The notes: a model not told the origin generated them from the sequence alone. A stretch of DNA of 64,000 nt from Spirochaetia bacterium (GCA_963668315.1 OY764216.1:4352001-4416000), one strand, 5' to 3'; shown: positions 28,103 to 37,247, counted from the stretch's first letter. Made by a program: numbers and translations.

Positions 28103-28210
28103 ACAATTCTTCATTCTTAATTCTTCATTAAAACATGTGAGAAAAGCCAAAAGCGAAAGCCTCGTAAGCCTAACTCGCTCACGTCCGCTTTCCGCTGTCG
28201 GCTTTCACAT
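28103..28210. repeat. Four degenerate heptamers followed by a 76-bp imperfect palindrome
   Basis: ACAATTC TTCATTC TTAATTC TTCATTA (28103-28130); ATGTGAGAAAAGCC...GGCTTTCACAT (28135-28210), immediately after the E1 stop. Confidence 0.6.
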
Positions 28211-28212
28211 CC

Positions 28213-30669
28213 TTACACGCCCAGCCTGTACTGGCGGAGGATTTCCCCATTGGTCTGCACGGTGGAGACCTCGTGTCCCGGCAGGGGCAGGATCTGCTCA
28301 TGCACCGCGTCGATCATCCACTCGGGGCGGGGGAAGTAGATATGCTCCAGCTCTGCGGGGGGGCTGATCCAGTTCCGGCTTCCCACGACAACGGGAGGTC
28401 CGTCCAGGTAATCGAAGGCCAGCTTGGTGATGATGGACGCGATATTATGCAGGTAGGACCCCCGTTCACAGGCGTCGGAAGTCAGCATAACCCGTCCGGT
28501 CTTCTTCACCGACTCGATGATGGGCTCGAAGTTGAGGGGGTTGATGAAACGCAGGTCGATGACTTCGGCGCTGACGCCGTACTTCTCTTCCATCTGCGCT
28601 GCGGCCTTCATGGCGGGATACAAAGTGGGTCCGACGGTCAGGATGGTCAGATCCTTTCCTTCCTTTCTGACAACCGGTTCGCCTTCGGGCACCTCGTAAT
28701 ACTCTTCGGGGACGCCCTCTTTCACGAACTCCTCGCCCACGCCGTACAGTTTCTGGCTCTCCAGGAAGATCACCGGATCGGTTCCCCTCAGAGCCAGGGC
28801 GAGCATGCCCTTCGCGTCGTAGGGAGTGCTGGGGTAGTACACTTTCAGGCCGGGGATATGGGCCACGAGGGCCGACCAGTCCTGGGAGTGCTGGGCGCCG
28901 TATTTGTTACCCACCGACACGCGGAGGACAACGGGCATCTTGAGTATTCCGGCGCTCATGCTCTGCCACTTGGGCAGCTGGTTGAAGATCTCGTCTCCCG
29001 CCCGTCCCATGAAGTCGCAGTACATCAGTTCCACCATGGCCCGTCCTCCGGACATGGCGTAACCCAGGGCGGAAGCCACGATGGACGCCTCGGATATGGG
29101 GCTGTTGAACAGTCTGTGATAGGGAAGAGCCTCGGTCAGGCCGCGGTAACAGGCAAAGGCGCCGCCCCAGTCCCGGTTCTCCTCGCCGTAGGCCACCAGG
29201 GTCGGGTCTTTGTAGAACCGGTCCAGGGCGGCTTCGAAAATACCGTCGCGGAAGGTATACAGGCGGGTGGCGGAAATGGCCTGGCCCTTCTCATCGAAGG
29301 CGTAGCGCTGCTTTCTGGCCAGCTGCTGAACCCGGGGATTCTCCTCTTTGGTCATCAGCACGTCCGGCTTGGCTTCGTCAAAGGCTTCCACCTTTTCGTT
29401 GGAGTACATGACCGATTCGATGAACTTGCCGTCCACCATGGGGCTGATTTCATCGTTGATGGCCAGACTCATGGTGGTCTCGATTTTCTTGATAACCTTC
29501 ACCTTCAGGCTTTCGGCATCCTTGTCGCTCATTACGCCGCCTTTGACAAGGTACTCCCTGAAGGCGTCGATGGGATCGGCCTGTTTAAAGGCGTCCTGCT
29601 CTTCCCGGCTCCGGTAGCTGGAAGCATCCGAGGGAGAGTGCCCGGAGAGGCGGTAGGTAATGGTATCCATGATAACCGGACCGTCGCCCGCTTCCAGAAT
29701 TTTTCGTTTCCTCTCCATGGCGTCCGCCACGGCCAGGGGATTGAAACCGTCCACCCGCTCGGCATGCATGGCCATCTCATTGACGCCGGCACCAATTCTC
29801 GCGGGATATTTGTACCCCATGGTCTCACCCCAGGTCTGGCCGCCCATGCCGTAAAAATTATTGAACACGTTGAGCATATAGGGGGGAGCGCCGGCCATGT
29901 CGCCCCAGAGAGTCTTGTACTGGTCCATGGCGGCCAGCATCAGACCTTCCCATACGGGACCGCATGCCGTGGCCGCGTCGCCTATGTTGGCGATGACGAT
30001 ACCGGGCTTCCGGTTGATTTTCTTGTAAAGGGCGCCGCCCACGGCGATGGCGCCGGAACCGCCGACGATGGCGTTATTGGGCATGGAGCCGAAGGGGATG
30101 AAAAAGGTGTGCATCGAACCGCCGAGTCCCCGGTTGAAGCCCCACTTGCGGGCGAAGATCTCCGCCAGAGCGCCGTAAAGGATGAAGTTCTCCGCATGAT
30201 CCCGGACATTCTCTCCCTTGAAGTGCTTGTCTACGACCTTGAGAGTATCCCCTCCCAAAAAGCTTTCCATCGTCGTGGTCAATCCGCTCTCGTCCATCTT
30301 GGATACGGCGGAAAGGCACTTGGCCAGAATCTCTCCGTGGGACCGGTGGGAACCGAAAATAAAGTCCTCCGCCCCCAGGGTCATGGCCTGGCCCACGGCG
30401 GCCGATTCCTGACCGGCGGACAGATGGGCGGGGCCTTTATGATTATATTCCACACCGTGATAACTGTTATTCTTCTTAATGTCGTCCAGCATGGTTTCGA
30501 ACTCGCGGATCATCAGCATATCGTAATAGGCCTTTTTCAGCCTGTCCTTGCCGTACTTCTTGATCTCCTTCTTGATATCTCCCTTGTACTGGTTTACGGG
30601 GATATCCTTAATGCTGAGCATTTCCGGTTCTCTGATCTTTTTCGGGTCTATGTTTAGGACCTGTGGCAT
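28213..30669 (-). CDS. ThDP-dependent 2-oxoacid/acetoin-dehydrogenase-like E1 with fused alpha and beta subunits; substrate unknown
   Basis: Alpha part: [27 protein letters not shown]...[13 protein letters not shown]. Beta part: [40 protein letters not shown]. Confidence 0.9.
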   Translation of the reverse strand: MPQVLNIDPKKIREPEMLSIKDIPVNQYKGDIKKEIKKYGKDRLKKAYYDMLMIREFETMLDDIKKNNSYHGVEYNHKGPAHLSAGQESAAVGQAMTLGAEDFIFGSHRSHGEILAKCLSAVSKMDESGLTTTMESFLGGDTLKVVDKHFKGENVRDHAENFILYGALAEIFARKWGFNRGLGGSMHTFFIPFGSMPNNAIVGGSGAIAVGGALYKKINRKPGIVIANIGDAATACGPVWEGLMLAAMDQYKTLWGDMAGAPPYMLNVFNNFYGMGGQTWGETMGYKYPARIGAGVNEMAMHAERVDGFNPLAVADAMERKRKILEAGDGPVIMDTITYRLSGHSPSDASSYRSREEQDAFKQADPIDAFREYLVKGGVMSDKDAESLKVKVIKKIETTMSLAINDEISPMVDGKFIESVMYSNEKVEAFDEAKPDVLMTKEENPRVQQLARKQRYAFDEKGQAISATRLYTFRDGIFEAALDRFYKDPTLVAYGEENRDWGGAFACYRGLTEALPYHRLFNSPISEASIVASALGYAMSGGRAMVELMYCDFMGRAGDEIFNQLPKWQSMSAGILKMPVVLRVSVGNKYGAQHSQDWSALVAHIPGLKVYYPSTPYDAKGMLALALRGTDPVIFLESQKLYGVGEEFVKEGVPEEYYEVPEGEPVVRKEGKDLTILTVGPTLYPAMKAAAQMEEKYGVSAEVIDLRFINPLNFEPIIESVKKTGRVMLTSDACERGSYLHNIASIITKLAFDYLDGPPVVVGSRNWISPPAELEHIYFPRPEWMIDAVHEQILPLPGHEVSTVQTNGEILRQYRLGV

Positions 30670-30708
30670 ATTTTTCTCCTTCCTTTCTATTTGTCTACCG
30701 TTACGGCT

Positions 30709-30737
30709 ATTATCTCTTTTCTAAAATGTAGAATCAA
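30709..30737 (-). promoter_or_regulatory. Candidate internal promoter for E1 and downstream genes
   Basis: Minus strand TTGATT-17 bp-GATAAT, directly downstream of the heptamer array. Confidence 0.45.
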
Positions 30738-30745
30738 AAATTGCA

Positions 30746-30899
30746 TCAATTCTCAATTCTCAATTCTCAATTCTCAATTCTCAATTCTCAATTCTCAATT
30801 CTCAATTCTCAATTCTCAATTCTCAATTCTCAATTCTCAATTCTTCATTCTTCATTCTTCATTCTTCATTCCGCTTTCGCCCTTCAGCTTCCGTCTTTC
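30746..30899. repeat. Compound heptamer array: (TCAATTC)x14, (TTCATTC)x4, then four degenerate AGCTTTC-like units
   Basis: Read directly: 30746-30843, 30844-30871, then CGCTTTC GCCCTTC AGCTTCC GTCTTTC up to the lpdA stop. Confidence 0.96.
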
Positions 30900-32243
30900 T
30901 CACTTCACCTGCCAGAGGGCATCCTTGACGATCTCCGACATGCTGGGATGGGGGAAAATCACTTCCTTCACATCCTGTATCCTCAGCTCATCCTCAATCA
31001 TAACCGAGGCGGAGTGAATGATCTCCGAACAGGTCCCGCCCAGCATATGCACGCCCAGGATACGGTCCGTTTCTGCCTCGGCGATCACCTTGCACATGCC
31101 CCGCTCCTTGCCGTACTCCGCCAGGAAACGGCCGTTGGCGATAAACTGCATGGTACCCGTCTTCACCTTGATGCCCTGAGCCTCGGCGTCCTTCTCGGTC
31201 AGCCCGCACCCGGCGGCTTCCGGATTGGAGTATATCGCCCAGGGGATCGCCTCGTAACGCATGATCTGGCTGCCGCCGAACATATTCGCCACGGCCACCT
31301 CGGCCATGCGGGAAGCCGAATGGGCCAGGAGGGATTTTCCCGTCACATCGCCGATCGCCCAGACACCGGGGAGGTTTGTGGCCATTCTCTCGTCCACCGC
31401 GACGCCCCGGGGAGACACATCCAGCCCCAGCCCGTCCAGACCGTCCACATTGGGCCGTCTTCCCACGGACATGAGCACCAGATCGGCGTCCAGGTAGTCG
31501 GTTTTACCCGTTTTATCGGTATATTTTACCCGTTTTCCCTCGACCCCGTCGACTTTGCAGCTCAGAAGGAATTTCACCGGCTTCAGCTGCTGCCTGAGCA
31601 TTTTGGAGAACTCCCGGTCCATCAGGGGGGCCACTTCGTCCATCATCTCCACCACGGTCACATCCGATCCGATCTGGGAAAAGAAATTGGCAAACTCCAG
31701 GCCGATCACGCCGCCGCCGATGATCACCAGCTTTCCGGGGATCTCCTTAATCTGGAGAATCTCCCGGCTGGTCACCACGATCTCGCTGTCATGGCCGGGA
31801 ATGGGGGGCACAAAGGGCCTCGATCCGGTGGCGATGATGATATTCTTCCCCTCGTAGCTGCCCTTTCCCTCTCCGTCGAGGACCTCCACGCTTGAGCGGC
31901 CGGTCATCCTGGCCTCGCCGAAAATCACATCCGCCTTGCCCGACTTCATCAGAAAGGCGATGCCCTTCCGCAGCTGGTCGATCACCTCGGCCTTCCGCTC
32001 CATGGCCTTTTCCAGGCTGAATTTCACATCCCCGCAGGTCACACCGAAGTCCTCCCCGTGCAGGGCGTGGCTGTAGTGTTTGGCCGACGCCAGAAGGCAT
32101 TTGGTGGGGATGCATCCGTGGTTCGTACAGACCCCGCCCAGATGATCCTTCTCGATTATCAGGACTTTTTTACCCATATGGCCGGCCCTTTCGGCAGCCA
32201 CGTAACCGCCGGGACCGGAACCGATCACAATCAAATCATACAT
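30900..32243 (-). CDS. lpdA: Dihydrolipoyl dehydrogenase (E3)
   Basis: IGSGPGGY, GGVCTNHGCIPTK redox disulfide, GGGVIGLE, AIGDV, HPSMSE. Confidence 0.96.
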   Translation of the reverse strand: MYDLIVIGSGPGGYVAAERAGHMGKKVLIIEKDHLGGVCTNHGCIPTKCLLASAKHYSHALHGEDFGVTCGDVKFSLEKAMERKAEVIDQLRKGIAFLMKSGKADVIFGEARMTGRSSVEVLDGEGKGSYEGKNIIIATGSRPFVPPIPGHDSEIVVTSREILQIKEIPGKLVIIGGGVIGLEFANFFSQIGSDVTVVEMMDEVAPLMDREFSKMLRQQLKPVKFLLSCKVDGVEGKRVKYTDKTGKTDYLDADLVLMSVGRRPNVDGLDGLGLDVSPRGVAVDERMATNLPGVWAIGDVTGKSLLAHSASRMAEVAVANMFGGSQIMRYEAIPWAIYSNPEAAGCGLTEKDAEAQGIKVKTGTMQFIANGRFLAEYGKERGMCKVIAEAETDRILGVHMLGGTCSEIIHSASVMIEDELRIQDVKEVIFPHPSMSEIVKDALWQVK

Positions 32244-32261
32244 CAATTCTTCTCCTATTCT

Positions 32262-32335
32262 GGGGGGCCGCCCTCCGGGCGCCGGGCTTTCCGCTCGAAC
32301 AGGCTGGCGCCTGTAACCGCTGCAATCCCTGCCCC
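32262..32335 (-). ncRNA. Structured intergenic element resembling the Flavo-1 RNA motif
   Basis: Minus strand GGGGCAGGGATTGCAGCGG-TTACAGGCGCCAGCCTGTTCG-AGCGGAAAGCCCGG-CGCCCGGAGGGCGGCCCC. The GGGATTGxAGCGG...AGCGGAAAGCCCG pattern matches my recollection of Flavo-1; needs cmsearch. Confidence 0.5.
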
Positions 32336-32340
32336 ATACG

Positions 32341-33699
32341 TCAGCCCGCCAGGGCCAGGTCTATGTTCTCTATGGTGGTAACCACATCCTTCAGGAACTT
32401 CGCCGCCGGAGCCCCGTCCAGGGCCCGGTGGTCAAAGGTCAGGGAAAGTCCTATGCGGGACTGCAGCCTGATCTCCCCGTTTACTTCCGCCGGCTGTTTC
32501 GTTATGGCGCAGACGCCCAGGATACCCGCTTCGGGGGTGTTCAGCACGGGAGTGAAGCTTTCGATGCCCATGGCTCCCAGGTTGGTTACCGTAAAGGTTC
32601 CGCCCGAAAGATCCTCCGGACCGGCCTTCCCCTCCTGACAGGCGCCGGCGAGCCGTTTCGTCTCGCCCGAAATGCCCTTGAGGCTCAGAAGATCGGCGAA
32701 TTTCACAACCGGAACCATCAGGCCCTTGGGGGTATCCACGGCCAGGCCCAGGTGGACATGGTCGAACTGGACCATCTTGTCGCCCAGGAAGTGCTGGTTG
32801 ATCTCGGGGTATTTTGTCAGCGCCCGGCTGACGGCGAAAAGGACCAGATCGTTGATGGTCACCCTTGTCAGGCCCATCTCTTCGGGGCTGTTCTTAAACC
32901 GCTTGCGCAGGGCCATAAGGGCCGTGGCATCGGCGGAGGTATTCAGTGTCAGCTGAGCCGAGGAGCTCAGGGAGTCGTGCATTCTCTGGGATATCACCTT
33001 GCGGATGCCTTTGACGGGAAGTTCGGTAGCAGATCCGGGGAATTCCAGTCCCGTTTCGGCGGGGGTGGCCACGGGAGCGGCGCCTCCCAGATCGGAAACC
33101 CGAACGCGGCCTCCCATTCCCGTGCCCGATGCCGGTGCGGTCATTCCCGAATCCTTCGCGGCCTGTACGGCGGCGGGGGTCAGAGGCTGCTTGCCCGCCA
33201 GGGCGGCTTCCACATCCCGTTCGATAACCCGTCCCCCCGGACCGGAACCGGCCAGCTGAGCGGCATCGAAGCCCTTGCCGGCGGCCAGATTTCTCGCACG
33301 GGGCGATACGGCGCCCTGTCCCGCAGCAGAAGTCACGGCCACTGTGGGAGCGGCGGCCGGGACAGGAGCGGCTGCAGGGGCAGCCTTCTCTGCCGGAGCC
33401 GGTTCGGAAGATACCGTTTCTGCCGCCGGGGCTCCGCCTTCGTAGGAACTGACGTCCTCCCCCGCTTCGCCGAGAAGAGCGATGAGAGTATGGACAGGCA
33501 CTTCGTCATCGATATTAAAAAAGGTTTTCAGAAGAACGCCGTCGGCGGGTGATTCCACGTCCACCACGGCCTTATCCGTCTCCACCTGGCAGAGTATGTC
33601 ACCGGTGGAAACGGTATCTCCCACTTCCTTATTCCATTCAACGATAATACAGGATTCCACTGAATTACCCTGCTTTGGCAGTAATACTTCTTTTGCCAT
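32341..33699 (-). CDS. Dihydrolipoamide acyltransferase (E2)
   Basis: One lipoyl domain (VETDKA), Ala/Pro linker, two peripheral-subunit-binding-like repeats (GSGPGGRV, GTGMGGRV), GGTFTVTNLG and DHRALDG. Confidence 0.95.
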   Translation of the reverse strand: MAKEVLLPKQGNSVESCIIVEWNKEVGDTVSTGDILCQVETDKAVVDVESPADGVLLKTFFNIDDEVPVHTLIALLGEAGEDVSSYEGGAPAAETVSSEPAPAEKAAPAAAPVPAAAPTVAVTSAAGQGAVSPRARNLAAGKGFDAAQLAGSGPGGRVIERDVEAALAGKQPLTPAAVQAAKDSGMTAPASGTGMGGRVRVSDLGGAAPVATPAETGLEFPGSATELPVKGIRKVISQRMHDSLSSSAQLTLNTSADATALMALRKRFKNSPEEMGLTRVTINDLVLFAVSRALTKYPEINQHFLGDKMVQFDHVHLGLAVDTPKGLMVPVVKFADLLSLKGISGETKRLAGACQEGKAGPEDLSGGTFTVTNLGAMGIESFTPVLNTPEAGILGVCAITKQPAEVNGEIRLQSRIGLSLTFDHRALDGAPAAKFLKDVVTTIENIDLALAG

Positions 33700-33721
33700 T
33701 CCTGATTTTTCTCCTTTTTTC

Positions 33722-34477
33722 CTAAACCATTTCTATTTTTATGCCCGATTCGCTTAACCGGTTTTTATCTTCTTCTTTTATATGACCGTCAGTAATGAGC
33801 CGGCTCACCCGTTCCAGGGGAAATATCTTGGCGAAGCCCGCTTTGCCGATCTTCGATGAATCGGCCAGAACCACCGTTTCCCGGGAGTGATCGGCCATCA
33901 CACGGATAATTTCCGCGTTCTCCACCAGATGGGACGTAAAACCCGCTTCGGCGGAGATGCCGTCAGTGCCGATAAAGGCGTATTTCACGTGGTACTGTTC
34001 CAGTTCTTTCAGGGCGGTGGGCCCGACGAGCGCTTCGGCCTGGGGACGGAATTCGCCGCCCACAAGGGTCAGATTCAGCGCCGGGTTCATACGGGCGTAG
34101 GGAAGGATCAATGTGGAATTGGTCACGATGCGCACATCCCGCTTCCCCAGGAGATAGGAACCGATAAGGGCCGTCGTCGTACCGGCCACGATCATGACCG
34201 TATCTCCGTCTTCGATCATATCGGCCGCTTTACGGGCTATCTCCTTCTTGGCGTCCATATTTTCTTTCTGCCGGGAGAGCATATCCGGGTGGAAGGCGGT
34301 CTGAACCCCTCCCCTGGTTCGGAAAACCAGGCCCATGGAAGCCAGATGGTCCAGATCATTCCTCACGGTGACCCGGGATACATCAACGAGCTCGCTCAAC
34401 TGGGAAACAGACAGGGACGGATCGTCTCTCAAAAAATCCAGAATATCCTTCTCCCTCTCATTTAAACCACTGAACAT
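33722..34477 (-). CDS. DeoR/GlpR-family transcriptional regulator
   Basis: VSRVTVRNDL HTH, RTRGG, KKEIARKAADMIEDGDT, AGTTT, VTNS, LADSSK. Confidence 0.95.
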   Translation of the reverse strand: MFSGLNEREKDILDFLRDDPSLSVSQLSELVDVSRVTVRNDLDHLASMGLVFRTRGGVQTAFHPDMLSRQKENMDAKKEIARKAADMIEDGDTVMIVAGTTTALIGSYLLGKRDVRIVTNSTLILPYARMNPALNLTLVGGEFRPQAEALVGPTALKELEQYHVKYAFIGTDGISAEAGFTSHLVENAEIIRVMADHSRETVVLADSSKIGKAGFAKIFPLERVSRLITDGHIKEEDKNRLSESGIKIEMV

Positions 34478-34508
34478 GCCATAATCCTTCTAAAAGCTTA
34501 TCAATATC

Positions 34509-34552
34509 TTTCTTTTTTATTTCATATTACTTTCCTTTTGCTTTTCTATCAA
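34509..34552 (-). promoter_or_regulatory. Promoter of the DeoR operon overlapped by four phased GAAA boxes (candidate operator)
   Basis: Minus strand TTGATA-17 bp-TAATAT. Plus-strand TTTC at 34509, 34520, 34531 and 34543. Confidence 0.55.
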
Positions 34553-34665
34553 GGTTTTTTGAAAAGTTTTTGATAATTTCCCCTATCCGGTGGGAGGCTG
34601 AGAGCTTTTTTGTTATATTGATTGTACCGGGATGTCCCGGACTGACCATGCGAGGGAGGGATATT

Positions 34666-35187
34666 ATGGAAAAACAGCCGTACCAGCTTTTTCTTGATCT
34701 GGACGGCGTTCTGGTTGATTTCAACAAGGGCGTCCGTTTTTATACGGGGAAAAGTCCGGAGGACCAGACCCCCAAGCAGATGTGGTCCGTCCTCTCCCAT
34801 GTCAAGAATTACTATGCCAAGCTGGACTGGACCGAAGACGGCCGTGAGCTTTGGGATCGGACAAAAGATCTGAATCCGGTCATTCTCACCGGTCTGCCCC
34901 TGGGAAAATGGGCGGAGCCGCAGAAAAGGGAGTGGTGCCGACGGGAGCTGGGGAAAGACGTGCCGGTTATATGCGGCATGTCCCGGGAAAAGCATCTGCT
35001 GGCCTGGGACTGGCTCCACGAAAACGGCCTGGGCGATGTCGTTCCCGTTCTGATTGACGACAGACTGAACCTGAAATTCCCCTGGGAGGAGTCGGGGGGA
35101 AAATTCATTCTCCACTTCAACTCAAGGGAGTCGCTGAGTCAGCTTGATGAGATACTGGATTCGTCGGCAGTCTCCGCCGGGATCTAA
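34666..35187 (+). CDS. HAD-superfamily hydrolase, 5'(3')-deoxyribonucleotidase-like
   Basis: FLDLDGVLVDF (motif I), ILTG, K and LIDDR. ATG 34666 follows GGGAGG. Confidence 0.82.
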   Translation: MEKQPYQLFLDLDGVLVDFNKGVRFYTGKSPEDQTPKQMWSVLSHVKNYYAKLDWTEDGRELWDRTKDLNPVILTGLPLGKWAEPQKREWCRRELGKDVPVICGMSREKHLLAWDWLHENGLGDVVPVLIDDRLNLKFPWEESGGKFILHFNSRESLSQLDEILDSSAVSAGI

Positions 35188-35909
35188 TAGGGACAGGCCA
35201 GCTTTTCGGCCAGATTGACCGATTCTATCAGCAGAAATCCGGCGATGCCCAGAACAAGAATGCCCGCATACATCTCTCCGTAGGCCAGTCGGGACCAGGC
35301 ATCCATGATGTACCAGCCGATTCCGCTCCGGGAAGCATAGGTTTCCGATAAAAAGAGCACGGCGATGCCCGTCCCCATGGTGAGTCGGAGTATACTGAAA
35401 ACCCGGGGTAGAATGGCGGGGATGATGATATGACCGAGGCTTTCCGTAAAAGTGCCCCCCAGACTCCTGAAGGAATCATAGAAGTGAGGATCGATCTCCA
35501 TAACCCCGTCCCTTATGTTCAGGTAGAACTGAAAAAAGACAATCAGGGCTACGAGAAAAATTTTCGAACCGTTGCCCAGGCCGAAAAAGAGAATAACCAG
35601 GGGCAGCAGGGCGATCTTCGGCACGGGAAAAAGTATATACATGGTGGGACTGACCAGATTGTCCATGGCCTTATTTGTACCCGAACCGATCCCCAGGATA
35701 AGGGCGGGTATGAAGGCAAAGACGAGCGCGGCCACAACCCGCAGAAGGGATATTCCCAGATTGGCCATCAGGCCTCCCAGAATATCGCTCTGTCCCATAA
35801 GCAGGAACACTTTCGCCGGAGTGGGCAGAAAGGGCTGATCCACATAAAAACTCAGGAGAGTCCAGAGAACAAAAAGTATGACCAGGGAGAGGATTTTTCG
35901 TTTTATCAC
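35184..35909 (-). CDS. ABC transporter permease, SsuC/TauC (NitT) type
   Basis: PTP, ISLLRV, PVPKIALLPL, IIIPAILP, GIGWYI; about 6 TM segments. Confidence 0.9.
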   Translation of the reverse strand: MIKRKILSLVILFVLWTLLSFYVDQPFLPTPAKVFLLMGQSDILGGLMANLGISLLRVVAALVFAFIPALILGIGSGTNKAMDNLVSPTMYILFPVPKIALLPLVILFFGLGNGSKIFLVALIVFFQFYLNIRDGVMEIDPHFYDSFRSLGGTFTESLGHIIIPAILPRVFSILRLTMGTGIAVLFLSETYASRSGIGWYIMDAWSRLAYGEMYAGILVLGIAGFLLIESVNLAEKLACPY

Positions 35910-36643
35910 CGGCTTATCCTTTCCAGTTCCCGGCGAACACCCAGACAGGTCTCAAAGAAGCGCTGCTCCTTTCGGTAGGCCGCTCCTCCGGGAGAATTAT
36001 CCAGGCTTTGCAGTCCGCCCTGGCCGTCCATAATGTGAATTCTGTCGCAAAGGAATACGGCTTCTTCAATACTGTGGGTGACGAGAATAATGGTCAGGGG
36101 GCTCTCGCTCTTTCTTTTGATTTCCAGAAGCCTGTCCTGAAGCCCCTCTCTGGTCATGGAATCGAGTGAAGAGAAAGGCTCGTCCAGAAGAAGAAGGCGG
36201 GGTTCAAGAATCAGAGCCCGCCCGATGGCCAGCCTCTGCTGCTCACCGCCGGAAAGCTGGGAGGGAAACCGCTTTTCCTTGCCGGAAAGGTCCAGTTCCT
36301 GAAAGGTATGCCTCACCTTCTCCTCGATAACATGCTTTTCCACCCCCCGGATTTTTAATCCCAAAGCCAGATTGTCTCCGCATCTCTTCCAGGGGAAAAG
36401 GCCGAATTTCTGCAGTATGATGCTTATGTCTCTCCGCCCCGCTTCCGCCGGGACTCCCCCGACGCTGACCCGTCCTTTTCCGGGCGTAAGGAGACCGGCG
36501 ATCATATAGAGGAGAGTCGTTTTCCCGCAGCCCGATTTGCCGATGATGCCGTGGACTTTTCCCTCTTCGAATGTAAAATCAAGGGATGAAAATATAGCGT
36601 CTTCCCCCTTATAGGAGAAGAACAGATCCGCCAGCTCCACCAC
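35906..36643 (-). CDS. ABC transporter ATP-binding protein, SsuB/TauB type
   Basis: [40 protein letters not shown]. Likely GTG start at 36643, next to the ubiX stop. Confidence 0.92.
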   Translation of the reverse strand: MVELADLFFSYKGEDAIFSSLDFTFEEGKVHGIIGKSGCGKTTLLYMIAGLLTPGKGRVSVGGVPAEAGRRDISIILQKFGLFPWKRCGDNLALGLKIRGVEKHVIEEKVRHTFQELDLSGKEKRFPSQLSGGEQQRLAIGRALILEPRLLLLDEPFSSLDSMTREGLQDRLLEIKRKSESPLTIILVTHSIEEAVFLCDRIHIMDGQGGLQSLDNSPGGAAYRKEQRFFETCLGVRRELERISR

Positions 36644-36644
36644 C

Positions 36645-37247
36645 TTACACAGACCCCATCCGGCCGTCCCATCGTTTGGTACGATCCGATTCCCGGCCCA
36701 GAAGATCAAGGACACGGGAAACGGTATGCCTCACCATATCCTCCAGGCTCTCCGGTTTGTGATAAAAGGCGGGGACGGGGGGCATGATACAACCGCCCGC
36801 TTCGGTAACGGACAGCATATTTTTCAAGTGAAGGACGTTCAGGGGAGTTTCCCTTGCCAGAAGGATGAGGGGGCGTCTCTCTTTCAGTGTCACATCGGCC
36901 GCCCTTTCCAGCAGATTGGAAGAGATGCCCCCGGCTATCCGGGCAAGGGTCCCCATGCTGCAGGGGGCGACCACCATACCGGCCGTCAGATAGGAACCGC
37001 TGGCCATGGGACTGTGCAGGTCCCGTAATCCGCAGGTTGTCAGAAGCCCCTTTCCGCCGTCGATATCCCGGCTCCACTCCTCCCATCTCTTCCCCGTCTC
37101 GAAGGCCAGAACATTTCGCCCCTGCTCGGTCAGGACCGCTTCCACGGGGATTCCCTGTTCTACCAGAGCCCGGGCCGTTTCTATTCCGTAAACCGAACCG
37201 GTCGCACCGGTAATGCCCAGAAGGACCGGTCTCTCAGAGGGAGCCAT
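36645..37247 (-). CDS. ubiX: Flavin prenyltransferase, UbiX family
   Basis: GITGATG, ASGS, PCSMGTLA, RAADVTLKERR, RETP, PPVPAFY. Confidence 0.94.
   Translation of the reverse strand: MAPSERPVLLGITGATGSVYGIETARALVEQGIPVEAVLTEQGRNVLAFETGKRWEEWSRDIDGGKGLLTTCGLRDLHSPMASGSYLTAGMVVAPCSMGTLARIAGGISSNLLERAADVTLKERRPLILLARETPLNVLHLKNMLSVTEAGGCIMPPVPAFYHKPESLEDMVRHTVSRVLDLLGRESDRTKRWDGRMGSV

Noticed and set aside
30746..30899. Possible CRISPR array (also the repeats at 12.9 kb and 27.9 kb)
   Set aside because: Units are 7-9 bp with no unique spacers, and there are no cas genes in the window.
30741..31895. ORFs with (SILNSQF)n repeats
   Set aside because: These are translations of the heptamer microsatellite running antisense into lpdA.
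28213..33699. Naming the complex pdhABC or acoABC
   Set aside because: The atypical fused E1 and the sugar-operon context make the substrate uncertain, so only lpdA was given a symbol.
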